Source: Thermoplasmata archaeon
GTDB taxonomy: Archaea; Thermoplasmatota; Thermoplasmata; Lutacidiplasmatales; UBA184
Assembly (NCBI GenBank): GCA_027315165.1
Contig: DAHUYN010000003.1
Location: forward strand, 27,990-91,989
Direction: 5' to 3'
DNA length: 64,000 nucleotides
Shown: positions 37,305-47,608 of the stretch, piece after piece
How the letters are laid out: the number at the start of each line of letters is the position of its first letter
How positions within the stretch are numbered: the stretch's first letter is position 1
Notes under the pieces: model-generated
The model's input: the letters and a program-made list of their open reading frames with translations, nothing else
What the model was told of the DNA's origin: nothing
Databases searched by the model: none
Program-made: the position numbers and the translations under genes

Positions 37305-37337
37305 GGGGACCCGCTGGCTCGGACCCCTTCAGGAGCC

Positions 37338-37772
37338 ATGAGCCCCCCGTCCGGTCTCAACACCGCAGGGAAGCTGCAGACCCTCCGCCAGCGGCGACGT
37401 TGGTCGGACCGGTACTACAAGCGGCGCACCCTCCATCTCAAGGAGCGCTCGGACCCCCTCGAGGGCGCCCCGCAGGGCCGCGGGATCGTCCTCGAGAAGG
37501 TCGGTGTCGAGGCCAAGCAGCCGAACTCCGCCATCCGCAAGTGCATCAAGGTCCAGCTGATCAAGAACGGTCGGCAGATCACCGCGTTCGCCGTCGGCGA
37601 TGGCGCGATCAACTTCATCGATGAGCATGACGAGGTCCTCGTCGAGGGGATCGGCGGCCGCATGGGCCGGTCCTACGGCGACATCCCCGGCGTGCGCTAC
37701 AAGGTGATCCAGGTCAACGGCGTCTCGCTCGACGAGCTCGTCCGCGGACGCAAGGAGAAGCCGCAGCGATGA
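37338..37772 (+). CDS. rps12: 30S ribosomal protein S12 (uS12)
   Basis: [23 protein letters not shown] signature. Confidence 0.9.
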   Translation: MSPPSGLNTAGKLQTLRQRRRWSDRYYKRRTLHLKERSDPLEGAPQGRGIVLEKVGVEAKQPNSAIRKCIKVQLIKNGRQITAFAVGDGAINFIDEHDEVLVEGIGGRMGRSYGDIPGVRYKVIQVNGVSLDELVRGRKEKPQR

Positions 37773-38431
37773 GCGGAGCCCCCCCCGCCGTGCCGACGAC
37801 GGTGCCCGCCGAAGAGACGACCGGTCCGACCGTCGTGCGTCCGACGCCGCCCCCCCCGCCGCCGTTCCCGCTCCCGCCGCTGTTCGGCAAGTACTCGTTC
37901 GAGGGGATCGAGGTCCACGACCCGGGCCTCCAGCCGTACCTCTACCTCCACCCGATCTACGCGCCGCATTCCGAGGGGAAGCTGTCGGGCAAGCCGTTCA
38001 TGAAGACCCACATGCACCTCGTCGAGCGGCTCGCGAACCACCTCATGAAGGGGGGGAAGTTCACGGGCAAGAAGTCGAAGGCGCTGACGACGGTCCGCCT
38101 CGCCTTCGACGAGCTTGCCGCGCGCGAGAAGCAGAACCCGCTCCAGCTCCTCGTCAACGCCGTCGAGAACGCCGCGCCCCGCGAGGAGGTCACACGACTC
38201 CAGTTCGGCGGGATCTCCGTCCCGAGGGCGGTCGACGCGGCCCCGAGCCGCCGCGTCGCCGTCGCCATCCGCCACCTCGCGCTCGGGGCCATCCAGGCCT
38301 CGCGCAAGTCCACGAAGCCGATCCAGTCCTGCCTCGCGACCGAGATCGCGCTCGCCGCGAAGGGCGACCTCTCCAGCTTCGCCGTCGGGCGGAAGGAAGA
38401 GGTCGAGCGCGTCGCCCAGTCGGCGCGGTAG
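37769..38431 (+). CDS. rps7: 30S ribosomal protein S7 (uS7)
   Basis: [17 protein letters not shown] archaeal S7 pattern. 4-nt overlap with rps12. The N-terminal Pro-rich stretch is unusual. Confidence 0.85.
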   Translation: MSGAPPAVPTTVPAEETTGPTVVRPTPPPPPPFPLPPLFGKYSFEGIEVHDPGLQPYLYLHPIYAPHSEGKLSGKPFMKTHMHLVERLANHLMKGGKFTGKKSKALTTVRLAFDELAAREKQNPLQLLVNAVENAAPREEVTRLQFGGISVPRAVDAAPSRRVAVAIRHLALGAIQASRKSTKPIQSCLATEIALAAKGDLSSFAVGRKEEVERVAQSAR

Positions 38432-38447
38432 GCGCGAGAGAGAGCCC

Positions 38448-40649
38448 ATGACGCATATCCGGAGCGAGCTCGCCGAGGCCATCCCCGAGATGATGCGGAC
38501 CCGCGACCGGATCCGCAACATCGGCATCGTCGCGCACATCCACCACGGGAAGACGACCCTCTCCGACAACCTCCTCGCCGCGGCGGGGATGATCTCCAAT
38601 GAGCTCGCGGGCAAGCAGCTCTACCTCAACTTCGATGAGCAGGAGCAGGCGCGCCTCCTCACGATCAACAACGCCGACGTCACGATCGTCCACGAGTACG
38701 AGCAGCAGCAGTACCTGATCAACCTCATCGACACCCCAGGGCACGTCGACTTCGGCGGCGATGTCACGCGCGCGATGCGGGCCGTCGACGGCGCCGTCGT
38801 CGTCGTCTGCGCCGTCGAGGGCGTCATGGCCCAGACGGAGACCGTGCTCCGGCAGGCGCTCCGCGAGAAGGTCAAGCCCGTCCTCTTCATCAACAAGGTC
38901 GACCGCGCGATCAAGGAGCTCAAGCTCACCGCGGACTCGTTCCAGAAGCGGTTCACCGCAATCATCACCGAAGTCAACGAGCTGATCCGTCGGATGGCCC
39001 CGGAGGAGTTCGTCGACGAGTGGTCGGTCGACCCGCGCGACGGCTCCGTCGCCTTCGGGAGCGGCTACGAGAACTGGGCGATCAGCGTCCCCTACATGCT
39101 CAAGACCGGCGTGAAGTTCACCGACATCATCGACTACGTCTCCTCCGGCCGTTCGAAGGAGATCGCGCAGAAGGCGCGCATCAACGACGTCGTCTTCGAC
39201 ATGGTCGTCAAGCACCTGCCGAGCCCGGTCGTCGCCCAGAAGTACCGGATCCCGAACATCTGGAAGGGGGACTCGGGCTCGCGGGTCGGCCAGGCGATGG
39301 TCTCGACCGACTCCGAGGGCCCGACCGCGTTCATGGTCACCGACATCACGATGGACCCGAACGCGGGCGAGATCGCCACGGGCCGCGTCTTCTCGGGCCG
39401 TCTCCAGAAGGGGATGGAGCTCCAGGTCGCGGGCGGCAAGGCGAAGAACCGCGTCCAGCACGTCTCGCTGTTCATGGGCCCCGAGCGGCTGATGGTCGAG
39501 GAGGTCACCGCCGGCAACATCGCCGCGGTCATCGGGCTGAGCGACGCCTTCGCAGGGACGACGATGTCGACGGTCCCCGACATGGTGCCGTTCGAGGAGA
39601 TCCGCCACGTCTCCGAGCCGGTCGTCACCGTCGCGATCGAGCCCAAGCACATGAGCGACCTGCCCAAGCTCATCGAGACGATGCGCAAGGTCGGCAAGGA
39701 GGACGCGAGCCTCCGGGTCGAGATCAACCAGGAGACCGGCGAGCACCTCCTCTCGGGGATGGGCGAGCTCCACCTCGAGATCACCCAGTACCGGATCGTC
39801 AACGACTACAAGGTCGAGATCCAGGCCTCAAAGCCGATCGTCGTCTACCGCGAGACGGTGAAGGGTCCGGGCGGCCCGTTCGAGGGCAAGTCCCCCAACA
39901 AGCACAACAAGTTCTACTTCGAGGTCGAGGCGCTCCCCGAGGCCGTCGTCAAGGCGATCAAGGAGGGCGAGATCCCCCAGGGGAAGTCCTTCAAGGACAC
40001 CAAGACCCTCGTCACGAAGATGGACCAGCTCGGCATCTCGCGTGACGAGGGTCGGGGCATCGTCGCCGTCGAGGGGACGAACATCCTGTTCGACGTCACG
40101 AAGGGGATCCAGTACCTCAACGAGACGATGGACCTCATCGTCGACGCCTTCAAGGAGGCGATGAACCGGGGCCCCCTCGCCAACGAGAAGGTCTACGGGC
40201 TCAAGGCGCGCCTCGTCGACGCCAAGCTCCACGAGGACTCGATCCACCGCGGGCCCGCCCAGACGATCCCCGCGGCCCGCTCGGGGATCTACGGGGCGAT
40301 GTGTCTCGGCGACCGCGTCCTCCTCGAGCCGCTCCAGAAGGTCACCGTCAACGTACCCCAAGAGGTCCTCTCGGGGGCGACCCGGGAGCTCCAGCGCCGG
40401 CGCGGCGAGATCCTGGACATGACGAACGTCGGCGACCTGCAGACGGTCGTCGCGAAGGTGCCCGTCGCCGAGATGTTCGGGTTCGCCTCGGACATCCGCA
40501 GCGCGACGGCCGGCAAGGTCCTCTGGGCGACCGAGTCCCTCGGGTTCGAGATCCTCCCGAAGGAGCTCCAGAAGACGGTCGTCGCGGAGGTCCGCCAGCG
40601 CCGCGGCCTCAAGCCCGAGCCGTACGACGCGGCCTACTACTCCGGCTGA
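38448..40649 (+). CDS. fusA: elongation factor 2 (aEF-2)
   Basis: ORF track 38115..40649; ATG at 38448. G-domain AHIHHGKTTL and DTPGHVDF; diphthamide His (DSIHRGPAQ). 733 aa. Confidence 0.9.
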   Translation: MTHIRSELAEAIPEMMRTRDRIRNIGIVAHIHHGKTTLSDNLLAAAGMISNELAGKQLYLNFDEQEQARLLTINNADVTIVHEYEQQQYLINLIDTPGHVDFGGDVTRAMRAVDGAVVVVCAVEGVMAQTETVLRQALREKVKPVLFINKVDRAIKELKLTADSFQKRFTAIITEVNELIRRMAPEEFVDEWSVDPRDGSVAFGSGYENWAISVPYMLKTGVKFTDIIDYVSSGRSKEIAQKARINDVVFDMVVKHLPSPVVAQKYRIPNIWKGDSGSRVGQAMVSTDSEGPTAFMVTDITMDPNAGEIATGRVFSGRLQKGMELQVAGGKAKNRVQHVSLFMGPERLMVEEVTAGNIAAVIGLSDAFAGTTMSTVPDMVPFEEIRHVSEPVVTVAIEPKHMSDLPKLIETMRKVGKEDASLRVEINQETGEHLLSGMGELHLEITQYRIVNDYKVEIQASKPIVVYRETVKGPGGPFEGKSPNKHNKFYFEVEALPEAVVKAIKEGEIPQGKSFKDTKTLVTKMDQLGISRDEGRGIVAVEGTNILFDVTKGIQYLNETMDLIVDAFKEAMNRGPLANEKVYGLKARLVDAKLHEDSIHRGPAQTIPAARSGIYGAMCLGDRVLLEPLQKVTVNVPQEVLSGATRELQRRRGEILDMTNVGDLQTVVAKVPVAEMFGFASDIRSATAGKVLWATESLGFEILPKELQKTVVAEVRQRRGLKPEPYDAAYYSG

Positions 40650-41239
40650 GCCGGTCGGCGCCTACGCGCGGGCTCCGCGCGCGCGACCTCGTCGAGCGTG
40701 TGCTGGGCCCGGTCGCGCACGCCCTCGACGGAGTGGGTCCGCAGCGGCCAGGCCCCCTCGCGCTGGAGCAGCCAGCGCTTCCGCCACAGGCCGAGGCCGT
40801 AGCCCGTGAGGGAGCCGCTCTCGCCGACGACCCGGTGGCACGGCACCACGATCGGGATCGGGTTCCGGTGCATCGCGCCGCCGACGGCGCGGGCGGCTCC
40901 CGCATGGCCGGCCCGTCGCGCGAGCTCGCCGTAGGTGACCGTGTCGCCCGGGGGCACGCGGACGAGGGCCCCGTAGACGTCGCGGTCGAACGACGACGCG
41001 TCCTCGAGCGCGAGGTCGACCTCGAAGGCGGTCCGCGCCCCGCGGAAGTACTCGGCGAGCTGGCGCGGGGGCGAGCCCTTCGCGAAGGGCGGTCGGCGTC
41101 GGCGCGCCGCCTCGGGCGTCGGGGTCGCGGCGAGGCCCCGCTCCAACAGGTCGACCCAGCGCACCCGCTGGCCCTCGTAGGCGATGCGGAACGTGCCGAT
41201 CGGGGTCGCGACGTCCGCGACCTCGAGCCCGGGGGCCAT
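40637..41239 (-). CDS. ogt: methylated-DNA--protein-cysteine methyltransferase
   Basis: Active site PCHRVV. Confidence 0.8.
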   Translation of the reverse strand: MAPGLEVADVATPIGTFRIAYEGQRVRWVDLLERGLAATPTPEAARRRRPPFAKGSPPRQLAEYFRGARTAFEVDLALEDASSFDRDVYGALVRVPPGDTVTYGELARRAGHAGAARAVGGAMHRNPIPIVVPCHRVVGESGSLTGYGLGLWRKRWLLQREGAWPLRTHSVEGVRDRAQHTLDEVARAEPARRRRPAQPE

Positions 41240-41263
41240 CGCGCGGACAGCGCGTCGGGCCGC

Positions 41264-41755
41264 TTAAGCCCGCGGCATCGCGACGACGCGGGGGACGGCG
41301 TGCTCGACGGCGAGCGTGTGGAGCCGTCGGCCCCACTCGCGGGCCCGCTCGAGCTCACCGGCCTCGAGCGGACCCTCCCGGCCCGCGACGAAGAAGCTCT
41401 CCGCCGGCGCGATCGGGATCGCCCCGCGCGCGACGAGGGCCTTCTCGAGGGACCGCGCGGCGGAGCCGGTGATCCATCGGCCCATGTCAAAGCGCGTGTC
41501 GAACGCCGCGACGAGCCGTTCGCGGAACCGCTCGTGCGGGATCCTCTCGAAGGCCCTCCAGGTGTCCTCGTCGACCCCGTGGCCGTGGGTCGGGGCGCCG
41601 ACGACGAGGAGGGTCTCCCGATCGAGACGACGTGCGTCGAGGTCCCGCAGCGGGACGGGGGGATCCGGCCGCTCCGACGGCCACGATTCGGCGATCGCCT
41701 CCGCGACGCGCCGTGTGTTGCCGTACGTCGAGTCGTACGCGACGACCAGCCGCAT
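41264..41755 (-). CDS. flavodoxin-like domain protein
   Basis: ORF track goes to 42202; ATG 41755 (MRLVVAYDSTYGNTRRVAE) gives the 163-aa flavodoxin signature. Confidence 0.65.
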   Translation of the reverse strand: MRLVVAYDSTYGNTRRVAEAIAESWPSERPDPPVPLRDLDARRLDRETLLVVGAPTHGHGVDEDTWRAFERIPHERFRERLVAAFDTRFDMGRWITGSAARSLEKALVARGAIPIAPAESFFVAGREGPLEAGELERAREWGRRLHTLAVEHAVPRVVAMPRA

Positions 41756-41829
41756 GGTCCCCCCGAGCCCCTTGAGCCTCTCGCGCCTACATCCCTCGGC
41801 GGTCGAGCCGGGTTGACGGGGAGCCGACG

Positions 41830-42504
41830 CTACTCGAGCCCCGTCGCGCTGATGCGGAACTCGGCGCTCCCCTCGCCGCGCGAGCGGTGCTTCATCAGGA
41901 CGACGCGCCGTCGCGGGCCGCTCAGCCGGTCGAACCGAAGGATCGTTTTCGCCGCGTGGTTCACGAACGAGCCCCCGAGCGGCTCGAGGGTCCCGTCGCG
42001 CTGGTTCCGCCACACCTGGTTCGTGAAGAGGACCGGCACCTGGGTCAGGAGCGAGGTCGTGAGAAGGTCGGCGAGCTGGAAGCCGAGCGACTGGCGTCCC
42101 TCGTCCTCGCTCCCGCTCGCGAGCGTGAGCCGGTAGTGGAACGTCGCCGAGTCGAGGACGAGGAGACCGACCGGCCGGCGTCCCTCTCGCGCGAGCTCGC
42201 ACGCCTTCGCGACGGCCCGGCCCTGCTCCTCGAGATCGCGGGGGGTCGAGAGGAGGAGGCGGCGCAGGACCTGGTCGGTGTGGCCTCGAGAGATCGCCTC
42301 GAGGCGGTCGACGCTCACGCCCTCGGTGTCGACGTAGAGGACCCAGCGGTCGGCGAGCGCGACGCGCGTCGCCACCTGCAGGCAGAAGAGGGTCTTGCCG
42401 CTCCCGCCCTCCCCGTAGAGCTCGGTGAGCCCGTCCGGCTCGAGCCCGCCTCCGAGGAGCTCGTCGACGGAGGCGATCCCCGTCGGGAGCCGCTCCGTGG
42501 GCAT
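41830..42504 (-). CDS. radB: DNA repair and recombination protein RadB
   Basis: 224-aa RecA-superfamily protein with Walker A ELYGEGGSGKT; RadB size. Confidence 0.75.
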   Translation of the reverse strand: MPTERLPTGIASVDELLGGGLEPDGLTELYGEGGSGKTLFCLQVATRVALADRWVLYVDTEGVSVDRLEAISRGHTDQVLRRLLLSTPRDLEEQGRAVAKACELAREGRRPVGLLVLDSATFHYRLTLASGSEDEGRQSLGFQLADLLTTSLLTQVPVLFTNQVWRNQRDGTLEPLGGSFVNHAAKTILRFDRLSGPRRRVVLMKHRSRGEGSAEFRISATGLE

Positions 42505-42553
42505 CGCGGCCGGGACGAGGCGGCGCGCCTTAAGGGGATGGGTCGCGCGGCCG

Positions 42554-43894
42554 CTACGGAGGGAGCGGGATCGGCTCCCCGAGCACCGGGGGGCGGACGG
42601 GGCTCTGGGCCTTCGCGAACGCCTCCGGGTGCTCGGTGTGGACGGGGACGAGCGCCTTGGGCGCCACCCGGTCCGCGACCGTGAGGAGCTCGCTCCCCGA
42701 GCAGTGGCCGGAGGCGTGGAACTGATGGAACGAGAGCCCGAAGTGGTCGACCCAGTTGTGGAGGACGGCGTCGTCGAGGTCGTCCTCGGAGAACGGCTCG
42801 CTCATCGAGTGGATGTACGGGCTGCCCCGCTCCGGCCGAAGGTCGATGAGCTCGGCGAAGTGGGGCAGCCCGAGCTCCATCAGGTAGCGACCGGGGTGGC
42901 GTCGGAGCGTCCCCGCCTCGATCGCGCCGTCCTCGAAGACCCGCTCCCACTTGTAGTAGGTCTTCTTCGGCCGACGGTAGACGCGAAGCCCCTCCGAGCG
43001 GCCGGGGACGGGCGTCCCCTTGGGGAGGAGCGGCGCCGCCGTCGCGAGGAGGTGCGCGGTCTTCGCCGAGACGACGAGCTCCCGGTCGGCCGCGCGCGCG
43101 GCCTCGTAGAGGGTCGTCAGCCGGTCGATGTCCCTCGGATAGCAGCTCGCGATCGCGAGCCGGTCGCTCGAGAGGAGCAGCGAGTCGACCCCCTCGCGAA
43201 CCCCCTTTTCGCTGAAGTTCCGCCTCGGATCGGGGCCGGCGCGCGTCCCCTCGGTGACGAGGAGCGCGGGGGCCTCGGCGCTCGCCGCATCGACGAACGC
43301 GTGCGTGTCGGCGGCCCGCGGGCCGTGGGCCCGGAAGTCCCCCGTGTAGGCGATGGTCCCCTCGCGCGTTCGAATGAGGTAGCCGAAGGCGAACGGGATC
43401 GAGTGGTCCACGGGGAACGCCTCGACCTCGAGGTGGCCGACGCGGACGGGCCGGCCGGGCGCGAGGGTCTTGTAGGGATGCTCGCCGTAGCCGCGACCGC
43501 CGCTCGTCTCGATCGCCTCGAGGAGGGTCCGGGTCCCATCGCCGACGTGGACCGGGATCGTGGGGTCGAGGAGCCCGAGGTGGCCCGCGTGGTCGTAGTG
43601 CGCGTGGCTGACGAAGACGGCCTGGAAGGTGGGGGGCTCGTAGTCGAGGTCGGCCCCGTGGAGCGCCTCCTCGGCGTAGAGGCCGGGGACCCGCGGGAGG
43701 AGGCCGAACTCGAGGAGGTCCTTCACCGGGCTCGTCGACCGGGGCTGGAGGAAGTTGAGGTAGAACTCCTCGAACCGGGGCGAGAACGACGGCCCGAAGT
43801 CGAAGAGGATGCGGTCGGGGCCGTCCTCGATGACGACCTTGTTGCCGCCGATCTCCTCGACGCCGCCCAGGAACGTCACCGTCGGGGGCCGCAC
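42554..43894 (-). CDS. rnj: beta-CASP MBL-fold ribonuclease (archaeal RNase J)
   Basis: HAHYDHAGH (HxHxDH) metallo-beta-lactamase motif; 446 aa. Confidence 0.75.
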   Translation of the reverse strand: MRPPTVTFLGGVEEIGGNKVVIEDGPDRILFDFGPSFSPRFEEFYLNFLQPRSTSPVKDLLEFGLLPRVPGLYAEEALHGADLDYEPPTFQAVFVSHAHYDHAGHLGLLDPTIPVHVGDGTRTLLEAIETSGGRGYGEHPYKTLAPGRPVRVGHLEVEAFPVDHSIPFAFGYLIRTREGTIAYTGDFRAHGPRAADTHAFVDAASAEAPALLVTEGTRAGPDPRRNFSEKGVREGVDSLLLSSDRLAIASCYPRDIDRLTTLYEAARAADRELVVSAKTAHLLATAAPLLPKGTPVPGRSEGLRVYRRPKKTYYKWERVFEDGAIEAGTLRRHPGRYLMELGLPHFAELIDLRPERGSPYIHSMSEPFSEDDLDDAVLHNWVDHFGLSFHQFHASGHCSGSELLTVADRVAPKALVPVHTEHPEAFAKAQSPVRPPVLGEPIPLPP

Positions 43895-43946
43895 GGCCCC
43901 GCGAGCGGTGCCGCGGCTTAAGCGACTTCCGTAGGTCCGAGCGCCG

Positions 43947-44081
43947 CTACCGGGCCTTGAGGACCTTCTTCACGTTGGGGTGCTCCTTCGTGAAGATCTT
44001 CCCGCCGCAGTTGTCGCAGCGGACGCCGAAGAGGTTGGAGTCGCTGGGCAGCGGTTCGCCGCAGCGGATGCACCGGAACAT
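43947..44081 (-). CDS. rpoP: DNA-directed RNA polymerase subunit P (Rpo12/RpoP)
   Basis: 44-aa zinc ribbon MFRCIRCGEP...VRCDNCGGKIF. The ORF track's longer N-terminus is rejected. Confidence 0.8.
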   Translation of the reverse strand: MFRCIRCGEPLPSDSNLFGVRCDNCGGKIFTKEHPNVKKVLKAR

Positions 44082-44104
44082 GTCCTTGCCTCGCGCTCCC
44101 CAAC

Positions 44105-44389
44105 TTAACGCTTGCCCGCGGCCTCGAGCTCGCCCTGGGGCGGCTTCTCCGACCGCGTGATCGGCGGTGGGGCCGTGAACAGATAGGCGCCCGAGGCGTA
44201 CTGCGTCCCGCAGCGACTGCACTCGAAGACCCCCGAGGCGATGCGATCGACGGTCACGGTGGCGCAGCGGGGACAGGCGGCCCGGGCCTCGCGGGCCCGG
44301 TCGATGTCGAGGACCCGGCGTCGGATCCGGATCCCGTAGCGAGGGCCCATCCAGCCCGTGTTGCCGACCTTCTTCGTCCGCTTGCTCAT
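44105..44389 (-). CDS. rpl37ae: 50S ribosomal protein L37Ae (eL43)
   Basis: MSKRTKKVG N-terminus and CPRC...CSRC zinc ribbon; 94 aa. Confidence 0.85.
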   Translation of the reverse strand: MSKRTKKVGNTGWMGPRYGIRIRRRVLDIDRAREARAACPRCATVTVDRIASGVFECSRCGTQYASGAYLFTAPPPITRSEKPPQGELEAAGKR

Positions 44390-44393
44390 CGCG

Positions 44394-45176
44394 TTACACT
44401 CCTCGCGCGACCGCGCGCAGGCGCTCGCCGTGCTGGAAGGCGCGCTCGACGACGTCGCGGACGTCGTCGGGCGAGAACGCCCCGATGAGTCCCTTCTGCA
44501 TCGCGACGACGTTCCCGGCCTCATCGGTCGCGACGGTGATCCGGCCCTGCCCGGCCTTCTCCTCGTCAACGAGAGGGTCGACGACGATCGCGTCGCCGAG
44601 ACGGACGAACGTGCACTCGACCGGGTAGTGGTTGACCTCGAGCGGCGTGTCGGTCGTGCCGACGCCGAACCGCTGGTTCGGGAACGTCGCGTGCGTCAGC
44701 GCGCCGAGCGCGGCCAACAGCGCCGTGTCGATCAGGTTGCCCGTGTGGTCGAGGACGTGGATGTCGGTGTAGCAGACCCAGGTCTTCTCGCCGGGCGTGA
44801 CGCAGAGCTTCGTGAGGTCGATCGTCTCCGCGGCCCGGATGGCCCGGTCGACGACGCGAGAGACCTCGATGGCCCTCGGGTGCGGCGGACCCGGCTCGAA
44901 CATCGGCGAGGAGAGCGGGACGAGCTCCGCGTTCGTCGTGAGCACGCCCGCGTTGGGCGTGTCGGGGAACGGCTTGCCGAGCTCGAGCTTGACGCCGCAG
45001 AGGACCTTCGTCGAGCCGATGGTGGCGAGGGCCGAGCCGTCGGCGCTCGCGACCCAGCCGGGCTCGACCGTGACCTCGCGGTAGTCGTCGAGGCCGCGGC
45101 CGTCGAGACGCTTCCCGTTCTTGGCGAGGTCGAGGATGTGCGTCGTGAGGATCTCGGCGGTGACCTCGTCGCTCAT
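44394..45176 (-). CDS. rrp42: exosome complex component Rrp42
   Basis: RNase-PH-like fold. Start ATG (MSDEVTAEIL) overlaps the rrp41 stop by 4 nt. Confidence 0.8.
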   Translation of the reverse strand: MSDEVTAEILTTHILDLAKNGKRLDGRGLDDYREVTVEPGWVASADGSALATIGSTKVLCGVKLELGKPFPDTPNAGVLTTNAELVPLSSPMFEPGPPHPRAIEVSRVVDRAIRAAETIDLTKLCVTPGEKTWVCYTDIHVLDHTGNLIDTALLAALGALTHATFPNQRFGVGTTDTPLEVNHYPVECTFVRLGDAIVVDPLVDEEKAGQGRITVATDEAGNVVAMQKGLIGAFSPDDVRDVVERAFQHGERLRAVARGV

Positions 45177-45931
45177 GCCGCGCCTCCCGTGTGCCCCTCG
45201 GGGCGCACGGCGTAGCGGTCCCGAAGCGCCTGCTTCATCACGTCGTAGATCTGGCGGCAGCCCTTGACGCCCAGGTCGAGGGCCTCGCTGAGCTCGGCCC
45301 GGTTCAAGTGGCCCTCCATCTGCAGGAGGACGAGGCGGCCGGACTGCGGGACGAGCGCCATCGGCAGGTCGGCCTCGCCGAAGTTGTCCTCCTCTTTCTT
45401 GAGGTCGAGAACGATCCGCCCGGCGATCTTTCCGACGGCGACGGCGGGGAGAAGGTCGACCATCGGGATCCCCGCGTCGGCGAGCGCGACGGACGCGGCG
45501 ACGATGCCGGCGCAGCGGGTCCCCGCGTTCGCCTGCAGGACCTCGATGTAGACGTCGATGCTCGTCCTCGGGTACTCCTCCGCGAAGATCACCGACTCGA
45601 ACGCCTCGGCGATGACCTTCGAGATCTCCTGGGACCGGCGGTCGAGCCCGGGACGCTTGCGCTCGTCCACCGAGAACGCCGCCATGTTGTAGCGGCACTG
45701 CACGATCGCCTTGTTGTTCTCCTGGAGGTGCCTCGGGTGGACCTCGCGCGGCCCGTAGACCGCCGCCATGACCTTGTTCGCGCCCCACTCGACGAAGGCC
45801 GAGCCATCGGCCTCGTGGAGGGGACCCGCGGTGACCTTGAGGGCTCTCAACTCGTCCAGGCGCCGTCCGTCGATGCGCAGCCCCTCGGGGGTCAGCAGCG
45901 TCGGGACCTCCTTCGCTCCTACGTTTCCCAT
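45173..45931 (-). CDS. rrp41: exosome complex exonuclease Rrp41 (RNase PH)
   Basis: RIDGRRLDELR phosphate-binding region; 252 aa. Confidence 0.85.
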   Translation of the reverse strand: MGNVGAKEVPTLLTPEGLRIDGRRLDELRALKVTAGPLHEADGSAFVEWGANKVMAAVYGPREVHPRHLQENNKAIVQCRYNMAAFSVDERKRPGLDRRSQEISKVIAEAFESVIFAEEYPRTSIDVYIEVLQANAGTRCAGIVAASVALADAGIPMVDLLPAVAVGKIAGRIVLDLKKEEDNFGEADLPMALVPQSGRLVLLQMEGHLNRAELSEALDLGVKGCRQIYDVMKQALRDRYAVRPEGHTGGAA

Positions 45932-45954
45932 CGTTCGTCTCTCCTAAGGATCTG

Positions 45955-46851
45955 TCAGAAATCCGGCGCGTCCGGCTCCGCCTCGTCGGCCGGGGCCCGC
46001 GCGGCGGGGTCCTGCAGATCGAGGGGCGGCGGCGTCGGTCGGTCGTGGCGGTGGTGCTCGAGGTCGACCTCCGGCTCGTGCGGCAGGTCCGACCTCGCGT
46101 GGCCGCGGTGGTCGTGGATCGCGCCCGGGTCCTGGGTCTCCTCGAGGTAGCGCTGGATGCGCTCGGTGAGCCCGGGGAGGTGTCCCTCCTCGTCGATCAT
46201 CCGCAGGCACTCGCGCGCCCGCAGGATCCCCTCGGGGGGGCCGTCGAGGAAGATGCGGCCGTTCTGGCCGACGACCATCTGGCAGCTGGTGAGGCGCGTG
46301 ATCGTCTGGATCATCGACCCGCCGCGCCCGATGACGCGAGGGACCCGGGCGGGCGCGATCTCGACGATCGTGCCGTTCTCGAGCTTGCCGAGGCCCTCGC
46401 CGAGCATCGTCACGCCGATGCGCCCCGTGTTCTCGATCGCCTCGATCGCGACGACGACGGCGTCTCCGACGCGCAGGTACTGGGCGGTCTCGCCGAAGTC
46501 GATCTTCCACGGCGTGCCCGTCATGTGCAGGGGGGCCCAGCGGGGGGCGCCGATGTCGAGGAGCCAGAACGTTCCCTGGACGTCGGTCACGGTCCCGAGG
46601 ACGACGTCGTGCGGCTTCGGGATGTACCGACCCGACAGCGGGACGACCCGGACGGCCGGGGGGCGGGTCTGCAGGAGCCCGAGGACGCTCGCGAAGATGC
46701 GGCCTTGGACCCGGTAGGTCCCCGGACCCGGCTTCAGCCCGTGGGCCGGGATCTCCTCACCCGGCAGTACTAAAACCCGCTCGCCGGCGGAAGGGGAGCT
46801 TTCTCCCCCTTGGCCACGCCCTCGGTGGCCGGAACGATGACCGCTACCCAT
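45955..46851 (-). CDS. rrp4: exosome complex component Rrp4 (S1 + KH)
   Basis: VLVLPGEEI...YRVQGRIFASVLG N-terminal domain, then S1 and KH (VIGRGGSMIQ). The N-terminal ~25 aa may be overcalled. Confidence 0.8.
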   Translation of the reverse strand: MGSGHRSGHRGRGQGGESSPSAGERVLVLPGEEIPAHGLKPGPGTYRVQGRIFASVLGLLQTRPPAVRVVPLSGRYIPKPHDVVLGTVTDVQGTFWLLDIGAPRWAPLHMTGTPWKIDFGETAQYLRVGDAVVVAIEAIENTGRIGVTMLGEGLGKLENGTIVEIAPARVPRVIGRGGSMIQTITRLTSCQMVVGQNGRIFLDGPPEGILRARECLRMIDEEGHLPGLTERIQRYLEETQDPGAIHDHRGHARSDLPHEPEVDLEHHRHDRPTPPPLDLQDPAARAPADEAEPDAPDF

Positions 46852-46887
46852 TGTAGATCGTGCACCGGTCGGCGCGACGGAGGGGGC

Positions 46888-47583
46888 CTATTTAACGAGC
46901 GTGGTCTCGGCGGCGCCCTTCGTCCTCGCGTTGAGCTTCTCGTAGAGCTCCGTCTGGACCCCGGCCGGGATCTCGAGGACCGCGGAGTAGCTCCCATCGC
47001 CGAGCCACTGCTCCTCGAGAAGGCGACCGAACCCCTTCAGCTCCCCGATGACCTTGGGGTAGTGCTGGCCGGGGATGCGAAGCCGGACCCGGACGGTGTC
47101 GAGGCGGATCGGGAGCAGGGGCCGGAGCTTGGCGAGGATCTCCTGGACCTGCTGGTCGGCCGGCCGGAACGGGTCGATGTGGACCTTCGCCTCGTTCATC
47201 GCCGCCTCGATGCGCGCGGGCGGATGGGGGGCGCCGGTCTGCGGGTTCATCGCGTTGCGGGCGATCGTGGCGACGATCTGCCGCCGCTTGGCGGTCTGGA
47301 GCTGGTGGCGCTGCTCCGTCGTCACCTGCACATCCCCCTTCTGGATGATCTGGCGCGCGATCTCGACGACCGAGCGCGTGTGGAAGATGCGCTCGAGGTG
47401 CTCCTCGGAGATCTTGTCGCCCTTGCGCGCGTCCTTGAAGACCTGGTCGAGGGCGAGCTTGTCGGCGAGGTCGACCGTCTTGCCGTCCTTGAGGTCCTGG
47501 ACGGCCTGCGGGTCGACGAGCACCTCGAAGCGGGAGCCCTGCGTCTCCCACCGCGCGACGACGGCGTCCTCGACGCTCACCAT
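46888..47583 (-). CDS. sdo1: ribosome maturation protein SDO1 (SBDS ortholog)
   Basis: SBDS family and canonical position in the exosome superoperon. Confidence 0.8.
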   Translation of the reverse strand: MVSVEDAVVARWETQGSRFEVLVDPQAVQDLKDGKTVDLADKLALDQVFKDARKGDKISEEHLERIFHTRSVVEIARQIIQKGDVQVTTEQRHQLQTAKRRQIVATIARNAMNPQTGAPHPPARIEAAMNEAKVHIDPFRPADQQVQEILAKLRPLLPIRLDTVRVRLRIPGQHYPKVIGELKGFGRLLEEQWLGDGSYSAVLEIPAGVQTELYEKLNARTKGAAETTLVK

Positions 47584-47608
47584 GTGGGGCCTCCCGGCCT
47601 CGGCCCCG

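Noticed and set aside
43947-44222. 91-aa version of rpoP and 154-aa version of rpl37ae (track ORFs)
   Set aside because: Homology to RpoP and L37Ae begins at internal ATGs (44081 and 44389). The upstream parts are low-complexity.
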